Below, piece after piece: positions 25,120 to 36,936 of a stretch of DNA of 63,985 nucleotides. Every line of letters starts with the position of its first letter. Within the stretch, counting starts at the first letter, position 1. The translations under genes and the position numbers were made by a program. The DNA lies in NCBI GenBank assembly GCA_034780895.1, contig JAUZTB010000098.1:97198456-97262440 (forward strand), in the 5' to 3' direction. The notes under the pieces are model-generated. The model saw nothing but the letters and a program-made list of their open reading frames with translations. It was not told the origin of the DNA and did no database searches. The stretch is from Rhynchobatus australiae (Eukaryota).

Positions 25120-25452
25120 TCATAGAGATATTTTTTCGAGACATGGTCTATATCCTTCCATGTCCTGCTTGTTCCTGTGCCCGTCCAAACACCTCTTAGA
25201 CATTACTATTGTATCTGCTTCCACCACCTCACCTGGCGGGATGCTCCAGGCACTCACCATTCTGTGTGTAAAATACTTGCCCGGAAGATCTCCTTTTAAT
25301 CTTCCAACCTCTCACCACAAGCTATGCCCTCTAGTATTTGACATTTCTACCCTGGGGAAAAAATACTCCATCTACCCTATCGATATCTCTTTTCATCTCA
25401 CGTATTTCTATTACCTTGCTCCCCTCCTCTGCAGCCTCCAGCACTCCAGAGA
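25120..25452 (-). mobile_element. CR1 LINE 3' fragment (another CR1 tail lies at ~25690-25880)
   Basis: Minus strand reads IDRVDGVFFP; the CR1 3' body is homologous to 13700-14000. Confidence 0.7.
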
Positions 25453-25877
25453 AAGCACTCTGTTTCAGAACGCTGGACCTGCAGGACAACGTCTGAGCTT
25501 GCAGGGGAAGACTCAATACTGCTCTGAGGACACAGTGGGAGAGTTTTAACTCCCAACATTAAACTGGTGGGATTGGATGCATACCTGCCACTCCTCACCT
25601 CACCCGCTAGAGACCGGTGGACCAGTAGCATCTTGCATTTAATCCCATGAGGATCCTAACTTTGATCAGTGATTAGTTAATGTCATTGTCATAGAGTCAT
25701 ACGGCATGCAAACAGGCCTTTCGGCCCACAATGTCCAGGCTGACCAGTGCAGACCAATCCACAATTAATCTCATCTCCTAACAACATCAATGCCTAGGTG
25801 ATCCAAGCATTGCCTAGACACTTCTTCAACGCTGTCAGCGGCTTGCTTCCACCATTCTCTCAGGCAGTGTGTTCCAC

Positions 25878-26243
25878 AGAGATCCTAGTGACATGGTGTC
25901 AAGACAACAACCTTTCCCGCAATGTCAGCAAGACAAAAGAGCTGGTCATTGATTTCAGGAGCAGGGCCGGTGCACATGCTCCTGTTTACTTCAATGGGGC
26001 TGAGGTCAAGAGGGTTGAGAGCTTCAAGTTCCTCAAAGTGAACATCACCAATAGCCGGTCCTGGTCCAACCACTTAGACACCATGGCCAAGAAAGCTCAC
26101 CTGCACCTCTACTTCATCAGGAGGCTAAAGATATCTGGTATGTCCCCGTCAACCCTCACCAATTTTTATCAATGCACCATAGAAATCATCCTATCCAGAT
26201 GCATCACAGCTTGGTACGGCAACTGCTCTGCCCAGGACCACAA
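25878..26243 (+). mobile_element. Rex1/Babar-type LINE ORF2 fragment (DUF1891-like region)
   Basis: WCQDNNLSRNVSKTKELVIDFR...VESFKFL...KKAHLHLYFIRRLK...LTNFYQCTIEIILSRCITAWYGNCS. Confidence 0.9.
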
Positions 26244-26561
26244 NNNNNNNNNNNNNNNNNNNNNNNNNNNNNNNNNNNNNNNNNNNNNNNNNNNNNNNNN
26301 NNNNNNNNNNNNNNNNNNNNNNNNNNNNNNNNNNNNNNNNNNNCATTACACTAACCGCTTCACGACAGTTTATTCTTTCTTACCATAGTACAACCTGAGA
26401 GAGATACTGAAAATGAAGAAGCAAGATGTATCAAAGTTCACTCCCTCCACCAGCTGAACTGTCACTGGCGCAATGCGGTCCTTGTCTTGCTTTAATGTTG
26501 GAGTCTGGCTGCAGCAGGTGGCAGACTTCAGTGAGGACTGTCTTATTGAAATTGTACCTAT

Positions 26562-26675
26562 GTATTGGCTTACTATTGTCACTTGTACTGAGGTACAGTG
26601 GAAAAACTTGTCTTGCTAACTGTTCGTACAGATCAATTCATTACATAGTGCAGATACATTGAGGTAGTACAGGTT
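26562..26675 (-). mobile_element. Rex1/Babar-type LINE 3' tail
   Basis: attgtcacttgtactgaggtacagtggaaaaacttgtcttgc, homologous to the tails at 15015-15075 and 15140-15190. Confidence 0.65.
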
Positions 26676-27189
26676 TGTTCCTTGCTGTGATTCAGGTAGG
26701 AGAACTCCCTCCTTACTATTGTAGTAAATGTGGCCTCTTGCTAAGACCCTTCCTGCTCCTGCTCTCCCTCTTCCTGCAGCTTGTCCTGTTCTGCATGTGC
26801 TCTACTCATTTTCTGATATCCTGTACTCCATGAATGCCAAATGTATAGCAAAGCCTTGTTTGGGCAGAAGCCTCTAGTCTAGATGCTCTGCACATTTTGC
26901 AGTGTACTCTCTGTTGTAATAAAGGAAATGTGGCAGCTAATTTGTGCAAAGCAACTCCTAGGAACAATGATGAAATAATGTGCAAAATAGCCTGCTTCAG
27001 AAATGTTGACTGAAGGATAAGTATTGGCCAAGGTACCAGGGCTAACCTTGCTAATGGGACTTTTATCCTATTCTGAGATGACAAACAGCACTTCATTTCA
27101 TGGACAGCNNNNNNNNNNNNNNNNNNNNNNNNNNNNNNNNNNNNNNNNNNNNNNNNNNNNNNNNNNNNNNNNNNNNNAACAAAAATACA

Positions 27190-27756
27190 TCAGAAACAGA
27201 ATCTTGGATGGGCTATTCATCCCTTTGTTCCAGTCTGTCATTCAATAAGATCATGGCTGAACATTTATCAATGAGTTGCTTTCATGTATTAATCCTGAAT
27301 ATCTTGATTCCCTTAATATTCAAAAATATAATGTTATGAATATATTCCACTACTGAAGCTCCATAGCCATCTTGGCTAGGGAAAGATTCCCTACTCTGGA
27401 AGGAATTCCTTCTCAACTCTGTTCTGAATGATCAACCCCTTACTTTAAGTCCTTGTTCTCTGGTCCAAGTCACCCAGATAAAGGGAACCATCATCCCTAC
27501 ATCTATTCTGCAAAGCCCCGTGGGTTTTGTATATTTCAATGAGATCACCTCCTATTCTTACAAACTCCAGTGAATCACTTCTCATACAGGCACCTCCAGC
27601 CCAGAAATGAGTATGGCGCACTTCTGGTCCTCTCCCTTAATTTCAGGTATGTCTTATTTAAAGTGGAGGAATAGGATAGTCTGCATGTCAATTGTTTTTG
27701 CTGTGCTGCAGATTAACTTCCAGAGATTCATGTATAAGGACACCCAGATCTCTCTG

Positions 27757-27794
<38 letters not shown>

Positions 27795-28200
27795 ATGTTT
27801 CAAACTTTCACCATTTTAAAACCTATTCTGCTTTTCTGTCTTTTTTTTTCTGTGAAAGTGGATGACTTCACATTTTTCCACATATTCTAAGCCATGTCCT
27901 TGTCTGTTCACATCCCCATGAAACTCCTGATTCCACCTTGCACGTCACTCTACTCAGTGTCACCCAGCTTTGTATTATCATCAAACTTGCAGGACTGGAT
28001 TGGGATGTAGTAGATTGGGAACAGCTACGGCTCTAGCACTGACCACTGTGGCACCTCACTAGTGATAGTCTCCCAACCAGAAAATGAGCTAGTTATTCCT
28101 ACTTTTTCTGTCTATTAATCAATGTTCATTTCTTTCCAGTATATTATCCCTAATCCCATTTGCTCTAATTTTGTTCAATAATCTCTAGTATAAAAACCTC
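27190..28200 (-). mobile_element. Degraded CR1 LINE
   Basis: Reverse complement resembles a CR1 3' end, the RGDLIE region (ttcaatgagatcacct) and the V(P)QWSVL.P region near 28040. Confidence 0.6.
27759..27792. repeat. (CA)17 microsatellite
   Basis: Perfect CA dinucleotide run. Confidence 0.97.
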
Positions 28201-30179
28201 CCAAGTAGCTTTGATTTTTTGATTTGGATGTTAGTACACCACCACAGACCTCTGGTTAGCCTTAATAACTGAAACAATAAAGTGACAGCAAGCGGCAGGC
28301 TATTTTATTGACATCTAAGTTCTTCATTCCCTATTTTTATTAAAAACTGATTTGAAGCAATGACTGGGTACTGCAGATGGCCGTAGCAACCTTGTCTTGA
28401 GAGGAGGCAAATGAATTGGTCGAGATCCCTGCTCCCGACTGGGAACCGATTTTTAGTGTTTTTTTTCCAAAAGGTTTTTGTTGACGACAATAATCTCTTA
28501 TTCCCCTCCAGTGACAGACCCATGATTTATTGATTGCAAACCTGTCGAGTGGCCAAGATTCCTGTCAACAAGCATAGACACAGCAATGGGCTGTGCCTCT
28601 GTACTGACANNNNNNNNNNNNNNNNNNNNNNNNNNNNNNNNNNNNNNNNNNNNGTTGTTACTTTTATTTATTTTTTATTTTTAAAACCCCTTGTTCTGTG
28701 AATAAATACCCCACACAAAATAAACCGCACTAGGTTCACAAAGCTTGTGATGCTTATTGTATTATTTTAATAGGACTCATTCTTCCTAAACTGGTCATTG
28801 ACACCAAAGGACCAATAAGTAACCATGGTGATGGCCACTTACAGAACGCCAGCAGTGACCGCAGGAAAGCTCATGATTCAGGCAGTAGGCTGTAAATGTC
28901 AAGCTATGGTACACCACAGCATGTGTTTGTTCAGCAACTTATTAAAATATGTTGTACAATGATAATGCTTTTTTAAAGTTAACTTACCAGTAACCAACTT
29001 AATTGCCAATACTTTACCTTTGGGAGAACTTTGATTTAATTTTTTTTTCCATAAAATTTGATGCATTTACATTTTCCTCAATTTCTCTCTGGATCAGCAG
29101 ATTGAGAGTGACACTCTCATGCGATACTAAAGGAGTGTTGAACTGTCAGAGGTACGAATTTCAGAGAGGACACTAAATCAAGTTCTGTGTCTTCCAGCTG
29201 AACATAAAGAATCCCATGGCAGTACTTCAAAGATGCTTTTAAAAAAAAACACATTGCTCTTTGTGGGNNNNNNNNNNNNNNNNNNNNNNNNNNNNNNNNN
29301 NNNNNNNNNNNNNNNNNNNAGACTTTGGGACAAGCTGTGAGGGAAATCAAAGACTTAAGTTCAAAAACAAAAAGCTGCAGGTACTGGAAATCATGAAAGT
29401 AATGATGAAGTCAATCTCAAATTGTAAACAAACTAGTATCTGTGTGGGTGGAAGCAGCAAAATGCTCATTGTGATAGGTTTTGCTAAGTGTTTTTAGCAC
29501 TACATTACTTACAGAATAAATTGGAGCATGTGGTCATCGCGGTGGTCTGGACATAAAGGAACAGACCTTCCCAAAAAGAATGGCCTCTAATATTCTAAAC
29601 AAAGTGGGTGTTTTTACATTGATTAAATTTCCGCTGTTATTTGATGAGAGATGAACTGCTTAGTGATAGCTAGCAGATGTTTACTATAGGAACTATACTT
29701 CTCCTGTAGCATTTCTCTTGCTTGTGATCACCACCATGTAGGGAAACAATGACAGTGCATGCCTGGGCTCTTCGAGTTGCCCTCAAAATCACCCACCAGC
29801 ACTGGGGTAGAACCCTCACCACCTGGACCACTGTGGTTAAAGAAGGTAGCTCATCACCACCCTTTTTCAGAGGCAACTAGAGACAGGCATTGTGCCAGTC
29901 TTGCCAGTGGTAGCCACAACCTTTGAATGAATTTAAAAACCATGTTGTTTTGTGATGATGAAAAGCTAATTATTATTTCATCCTGAACTCACTCCACTTC
30001 CTCTGTGGGAACTGTCCACTTTTGATCAAGGTTTTGGCCACTCTGCTGCATCCTCCGTTCTGGTCTGTGATGGTACTGAGGATGATTTTTGTGTTACGGG
30101 TGGTGCTGACATTTGTCAGAATTGGAGATCCTGCATTACAGCATCAGTGAATAGTTTTTCAGAGACAAAGAGACATGCT

Positions 30180-30570
30180 TGAGATTTAATTTTAGTAAAT
30201 TACTCCTTGCACTTGGTGATTGATAGGGCATGGGCACCAGTGCTTTAGTGGGAAGAATTAATCTTCCTCAGTCCTATCAGGTCGGCACAGAATATCACAT
30301 GGCACTAATTCCAAAAAGATCTGATGAGTTCTTCCAATATCCTGGCCAATACTTTCCCCTCTGCCAACAACACTGGTGTTTATATAAAAATAAATAAAAT
30401 AACTTTTTTATGATCACTATTGCATTGTTGTTTAAAGGAGATTGATTTCAGCAATTTTGCTGCTCCATTTCCTACAACAATGACAAAACTTCAAGTCTAC
30501 GTCATTCATTACAAAGAAATTTGCAATGTCCTGAAATGCATGAGAGGGGCTCTCTATAAATTTATGTCTT
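30180..30570 (+). mobile_element. Degraded Deu-domain SINE (further partial copies near 26900, 29105, 41480, 42080, 63340)
   Basis: atcacatggcactaatt...cctggccaatact...atcactattgc...tttcctacaacaatgac...ctataaatttatgtcttt. Confidence 0.55.
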
Positions 30571-31194
30571 TTTTTTGTATGTAGCACAAAGGGGGCTGAA
30601 AATAACTGGGAAGAAAATAAATGAAATAATGTAAATGGATGGTGCGAAAGGGGAGAGAAAACATTGCACCTCTTCAGTGTTAAACAAGTAAATAGGCTTG
30701 CTGTTATGCTATTTGGGGTGCCAGATGGTGGATTCGCATTGCTATTCAAATTCATGCTTTGTTACACAGTAATTGACAGATAAAACATTTTTTTAAAGAA
30801 ATCTTGCCGAGCTAAATGCTTTCGGCACGTAGAAACCGCTGTGCTTGACAGCAGAACATTTTAATTAACATTTTTTGCGGTTACATCATTGTCTTGCGTG
30901 GTAATTCATTTTGCTTCCCCTTATATATTTTGGCAAGATATTTACAATTGATAAATGGAAGCTTGTATTTCTGTGTTCCATCTTCTCTGATTTGAGCTAG
31001 CTTAATTCAGAAGGTTGTAGACAGTATTTAGGTTCTTTAACATTGCTGGGAAGGGAAAGAACAGGGTAGAGATATAGTAGTGTTATGAAGAAAGAAAGGG
31101 TGTGAAGAAGGGGCATGGCTGAGAAAAAAAATTGGAGGGTCAAGTCTTAACTAGGCACTCAACCAACCCTTCCAGCAGCTCGGCCCAGAGAATT

Positions 31195-31480
31195 TAAAAT
31201 AAAAACAGAAAACATTGGAAATGGCAGGCAAGTCTTGCAATGCCTATGGAGAGAGAAACAGAGTTAACGACAGGTCATTTGAAACCGTATAAGATTAGAG
31301 AAAACATTTTAAGATGCAAAGAATGGAAGGGGAAGGAGGAGAGTTTGTGCTTGGGCAGACGGCAAGAGAGAGGGTAGGAGAAAAGGGATGATAGTGCAAG
31401 GCATAAGCAAAGTGCTACAAGTAAAGGCACCAAATGGCAGGGATAGAGAAGGTGTAAATGGAATAAACAGATGAAATAAA
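31195..31480 (-). mobile_element. Penelope-like terminal repeat, degraded (similar copy at ~37575-37830)
   Basis: aaaacagaaaacattggaaat...tggagagagaaacagagttaacg followed by a purine-rich tract. Confidence 0.6.
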
Positions 31481-31489
31481 AGCAGGAGT

Positions 31490-32162
31490 AGCCATTCAGC
31501 CGCTCAAATCTATTCTGCTATTTACTGAGATGCCCAATCTTATGCCTGAACTATGCATGCCTCAACCCCATATCCCTTGATTTCCCCATATTCTGCCAAT
31601 CTCTGCCTTGGGTATACTTAATGATGGGATTTCAGATTCAAAACCCTCAGAGATGAAATTCCTGATCTTCTCAGCCACTTCGTTATGGACTCTCCAGCCA
31701 GTAGAAATGGCTTCTCAGCCTTCCTCAGCCACAAAAACCTGTATATTCCAATGGTATCACCTCCAATTCCTTTGAACTCCACTAATGACACTAAACCAGG
31801 TTGGATTGTGAGAATGGAGGAGGACATGAATGAGTGAGTGAATGAGAACTTGGTAATTTGAAAATTGTGAAGTCTATTTGCTTTGGTGAGCACTAGAGAA
31901 AAGTAGTGTATTTGTTAATTGGTGAGTGTTAATATCTGAAAGGACAAGTCATTAAAGGCCAACCTGCAGGTGTAGCAAGCAATTAAAGAAGGCATATTTT
32001 ATTTTAACCTTTATAATGAGAGTATTTGATTACAAGAGTTGGGAAGCCTTATTGCAATTATATTGACATTTGTGAGATTGCACCTGGTTTATTGTGTACA
32101 GTATTGGTGGTCTTAATAAAGGATGTATTTGCTGTAGAGTGAAGGTTCACAAGATTGGTTCC
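31490..32162. mobile_element. Two degraded CR1 fragments in opposite orientation (~31490-31790 minus, ~31800-32162 plus)
   Basis: gccattcagcc...ccatatcccttg is the reverse complement of a CR1 tail; gtgagattgcacctggtttattgtgtacagtattggt is [11 protein letters not shown]-like. Confidence 0.55.
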
Positions 32163-34142
32163 NNNNNNNNNNNNNNNNNNNNNNNNNNNNNNNNNNNNNN
32201 NNNNNNNNNNNNNNNNNNNNNNNNNNNNNNNNNNNNNNNNNNNNNNNNNNNNNNNNNNNNNNNNNNNNNNNNNNNNNNNNNNNNNNNNNNNNNNNNNNNN
32301 NNNNNNNNNNNNNNNNNNNNNNNNNNNNNNNNNNNNNNNNNNNNNNNNNNNNNNNNNNNNNNNNNNNNNNNNNNNNNNNNNNNNNNNNNNNNNNNNNNNN
32401 NNNNNNNNNNNNNNNNNNNNNNNNNNNNNNNNNNNNNNNNNNNNNNNNNNNNNNNNNNNNNNNNNNNNNNNNNNNNNNNNNNNNNNNNNNNNNNNNNNNN
32501 NNNNNNNNNNNNNNNNNNNNNNNNNNNNNNNNNNNNNNNNNNNNNNNNNNNNNNNNNNNNNNNNNNNNNNNNNNNNNNNNNNNNNNNNNNNNNNNNNNNN
32601 NNNNNNNNNNNNNNNNNNNNNNNNNNNNNNNNNNNNNNNNNNNNNNNNNNNNNNNNNNNNNNNNNNNNNNNNNNNNNNNNNNNNNNNNNNNNNNNNNNNN
32701 NNNNNNNNNNNNNNNNNNNNNNNNNNNNNNNNNNNNNNNNNNNNNNNNNNNNNNNNNNNNNNNNNNNNNNNNNNNNNNNNNNNNNNNNNNNNNNNNNNNN
32801 NNNNNNNNNNNNNNNNNNNNNNNNNNNNNNNNNNNNNNNNNNNNNNNNNNNNNNNNNNNNNNNNNNNNNNNNNNNNNNNNNNNNNNNNNNNNNNNNNNNN
32901 NNNNNNNNNNNNNNNNNNNNNNNNNNNNNNNNNNNNNNNNNNNNNNNNNNNNNNNNNNNNNNNNNNNNNNNNNNNNNNNNNNNNNNNNNNNNNNNNNNNN
33001 NNNNNNNNNNNNNNNNNNNNNNNNNNNNNNNNNNNNNNNNNNNNNNNNNNNNNNNNNNNNNNNNNNNNNNNNNNNNNNNNNNNNNNNNNNNNNNNNNNNN
33101 NNNNNNNTGACTTTGGGTACAAATTGCTGACAAATTAATTAATCTCTCCTCATAGGGCATTCCCTCTTCCCAGTAATGAATCTGGTGTATCTACAGTATA
33201 CAGTGTGACAATGGGTTGATGAAGGGGATTAAAAATAGAAAACTAAAGGACTAATCTTGCCTTCCAAACTTTTTATTTGAAGTAATAGCACAGATTCACA
33301 AGTCAGCAGCATTGTTGCAAGCAATTATGATTTCCACATCCTTGCACCAGCTGCATTATCTTGTTTTTGTTTGATTGGGTTCGATTATGTGAGATAGATT
33401 GCCAGGAACCAAATTTTGATAATTGGTGTCTCAGACCAATTTGTGCCTGTCTTTAGAGCCAAAAATGTGCGCAATATCATTTTGTGCATGTTTTGATGAA
33501 ATTGTGTCCATTTCCAGTTGAAGTCTTGCCCATCAGGCAATTGTATCAGGCACCTCCAGGTGTGATTCACCTCAGTCTCCTGGCATCATTCACGTATGTG
33601 GTGACATCATCAATGTGCATGTCGATCATTTCTTCATTAATGATTGCAAAATATGCAGCCCATGACCTGTGTTTTCTCGTTTTGCGTGGAGAAGGCTTCT
33701 AAATGTACATGGATTGTTGTGGTCCTGCTGGTACTTGGCTCGTTCCCTCATTGTGCCTGTCTGATCACTGATCTGTTTGTTAAGTTCCTCGTGCCTGCAG
33801 CAGCTTTTCACTGCAGAGAACGCTGCCCTGATCTATGGCTGTATTTTGTTCTTGCCTCAGAGTGGCTTACACCATTTGGAGCACATGAATTGGTGTATGG
33901 GTGTGACCACAGATGGGGACAGTGGGTGTGACTGGACACTGTGTAGACACCTGACTCTTCCATCCCCCTGTAACTACACTGCAGTTTTATTTCTCTCTTT
34001 TGCTTCCTTTTGTATAGCTTCCTGACTGACATGTAGAGTATTTTTTAAGTCTCTGAAATGCTTCTCGTGATCCTTAGCAGCAATGGGGCAATGTTTAAAA
34101 TAGATGGAGGGTGGGTGAAAATGCCTTGGTGATTTTGTTTTC

Positions 34143-34499
34143 TCTCTTTCATCAATCTTTTTATTAATATTCAAATTAATACAGATAATATATATAACAT
34201 CAATGATTATNNNNNNNNNNNNNNNNNNNNNNNNNNNNNNNNNNNNNNNNNNNNNNNNNNNNNNNNNNNNNNNNNNNNNNNNNNNNNNNNNNNNNNNNNN
34301 NNNNNNNNNNACATAAAAATTTTCAAAAGAAAAAAAACTGGATTGATATTTCTCGAAGAAAAAAGAACATTATTATGTCATCAACTCCGCCCCTCTAAAT
34401 TCGAAGGTTATTGAATAGGGATCTATATCATATGAAAATATTGAATAAATGGACTCCAAACTTCCTCAAGTTTAAGCAAAGAATCAACAGTGCCACTGC
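34143..34499 (-). mobile_element. 5'-truncated L1 LINE with 14-bp TSD
   Basis: Minus strand reads SGTVDSLLKLEEVWSPFIQYFHMI* (fish-type L1 ORF2 end) with AATAAA near the 3' end; flanked by GTGATTTTGTTTTC at 34129-34142 and 34500-34513. Confidence 0.8.
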
Positions 34500-35439
34500 G
34501 TGATTTTGTTTTCAAGTTAACTTTGACCAATGTAGCAATTTTTTTGTGGCTCTCTGAAGTGGGGTTAGAGCTAAAAGTTGAACACATTCATTGCATCAAA
34601 AAATGGGCCAAATCCAATTTCTAGGCAATTGACTTTTATTGATTCTTTTAATATAAGTATGGAAAAAATGTACTTGTGATTTAAAGAAATAAATGCCCTG
34701 TTTATTGGAATGGAAAGGGCTATTTACGGTTCATTTCCAGNNNNNNNNNNTGTGCATCTGACAATAAACTCGACTTTGATATCAAGAGGAAAAGGGAAAA
34801 GAAGTACTGGAAATGGGAGAAACGCCTTCGCATTAACCTGACAATATGGTTGCTTTTTTTCTGTTTGTCAAAGTTGCTGATTGCTGGCCAGATTAGTTGC
34901 AACAGGCGAGTGGATTTAAATAGCTTGTTCCAGTTTACAGGGATCATTATGTTCATTCATTGTGGACGCAAATTGCGGGTATCAAAGGGTTATGATACAG
35001 AAAATAAGCCTTGTACTCTGAGAGTTCTTGCTCATTTTCAATCCCAAAAAAGTGCATTCAGCTGCTCCATCTCAATTTGCACTGTATGTGTATTAATCAC
35101 CAAATTGTTACTACAGTGCTTCAGACCCAAGGAATTGTTCAGATAAGGTACTCTACCAAGCCTTAATATCGTCTTTGACTTGTCAGCTGATTTTTTTTTT
35201 GCACAGGATGATTTGAACTTATTCTAATGCTGCACACTATTGGTGTAGTTTTAGTACAGTGTTATTATCTGTAAATCCATTAGGCAGACAGAAGCTTTGA
35301 TCTTGGACTGGAAAAGCTATTTTCAGGAGTTAGGAAGCTTATTTGTTTCCATCTCCTGTGATGAGACCTTTGCAGTGCCAGATACATTTTTGGCAGTTGA
35401 AGAAATGGAAGAAGGTTTGAATCTTGGTTTGGCAGGTTT

Positions 35440-35870
35440 GCTATATGACGAGATATTGAATAGGCTAGGCATAATTTCTTTTGAGTTTAGAAGAATGAAA
35501 TGTGATCTCATTTAAATGTTCTAAATTCTTAGAGAGCTTGACAGAGTTTATGCAGAGATGATGTTTTGCCTGATTTAAGGAATCCAGAATTAGTGGTCAC
35601 AGTCTCAAAATAAGGAGGTCATTTCAGACTGAAGTAGGGAGAAATTGCTTCACTCAAAGTATGGAGAATCTTTGGAATCCTCTATTCCAGAGGGCTGTGA
35701 AGACTCTGGTACTGACTTCATTAAAAACAGAGATCAATAGATTTTTGGATGTTAGAGGAATCAAAGAAAATTGTGTTGAGGTAGAAGCTCAGCCACGACC
35801 TTGTGGAATGGTAGAGCAGGCCCAAGTGGGTCTGTGACCTACTCTAGCTCCTTTTTCTTGTATTCTTATA
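35440..35870 (+). mobile_element. CR1 LINE 3' fragment
   Basis: Reads YDEILNRLGIISFEFRRMKCDLI, followed by a CR1 3' UTR. Confidence 0.75.
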
Positions 35871-36742
35871 AATCTATGAGGCGAGTCTTAACTAAAATAT
35901 CTTCTGTGCCAAAAGGAGCAGAATTTCTTCCTCCAGATCAAGCATGCAATTCAGTATATCTTTCCTGCCACCATGCCATTTGTCTCTTCATCCTGACTAG
36001 CATCTTGTCTCCCGCATCCCATCACTGGTCCTACTCATAGCACCACCATTTACTCCTTCACCTCTGCTACCATGGATCACCCTTTCTGACTGCCATCAAA
36101 CAACTTCTAGATGCTATCCTCCCCCTTAATTACCATTGGACTGCTACTCTCCTAATTGGGTCTTCCCTGAAAATAATCAAACCCCCTCCCTTCCTCCAAC
36201 CCATGGAATCAGGTCTGGCACCAACTAATCCCAGCCCCACAAGTGGATGAAGAGAATTCCACATTTCCTGCTCATGTGAATAAAATGCTTTCTGGTTTCA
36301 CCCTGAATAGCCTTGCTGTAACTCTGCTTTGAGTTTGTTTTAAATTCTTTGTGCAATTGAAGAACAACCTCATCCCCTTCATATTCCAGCCCTTAAAGAT
36401 TATTTATGATTACACAGGACATGTGGAACAGAAGCAGACTATTCAGCCCATCCACTCCATGTTGGCATTTATGCTCTATTTGAGCCTTCTCCCCTTTCCT
36501 CATACATTACCTAGTTCCTGATATGCTTGTCTAGCCTCCTCTTAAATACTGTTGGCTTCAATCACTCCCTGTGATGGTGAGAATGTGAAACTCACTACCT
36601 TTTAGGTAAAGAAGTTATTGCTGACTGAACTTCTTGGACCATCTTATGATGATGGCATCTCGTTACGTTCTACCCAACAAGTAAAAACATTCTCTCTTTA
36701 TTCAAATTGGTTTGGATTGTTTTCTTTAAAAAAAGAGACCCA

Positions 36743-36936
36743 TGGAGACACAAGACACTGCAGATGCTGGAATCTGGAGTAACAAACAATCTGCTGGAGG
36801 AACTCAGCAGGTTGAGCAGCATATGTGGGAGGAACGAGATTTTTGACATTTCAGGTCCTACTGTAAGGTTTTGACCTGAAATGTCAACAATTTCTTTCTT
36901 CCCATGGATGTTGCTTGAGTTCCTCCAGCAGATTGA
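36743..36936. mobile_element. Fold-back element made of two inverted Penelope-like terminal repeats, with 15-bp TSD
   Basis: Perfect inverted arms at 36787-36806/36916-36935 (20 bp) and 36843-36857/36873-36887 (15 bp); direct repeat AAAAAAAGAGACCCA at 36728-36742 and 36937-36951. Confidence 0.85.

Noticed and set aside
25798-26388. 196-aa ORF that could be annotated as an ALKBH8 N-terminal/DUF1891 host gene
   Set aside because: It is a LINE ORF2 fragment with homologous copies at 1-135 and 15560-15825, joined to a CR1 tail and an N gap.
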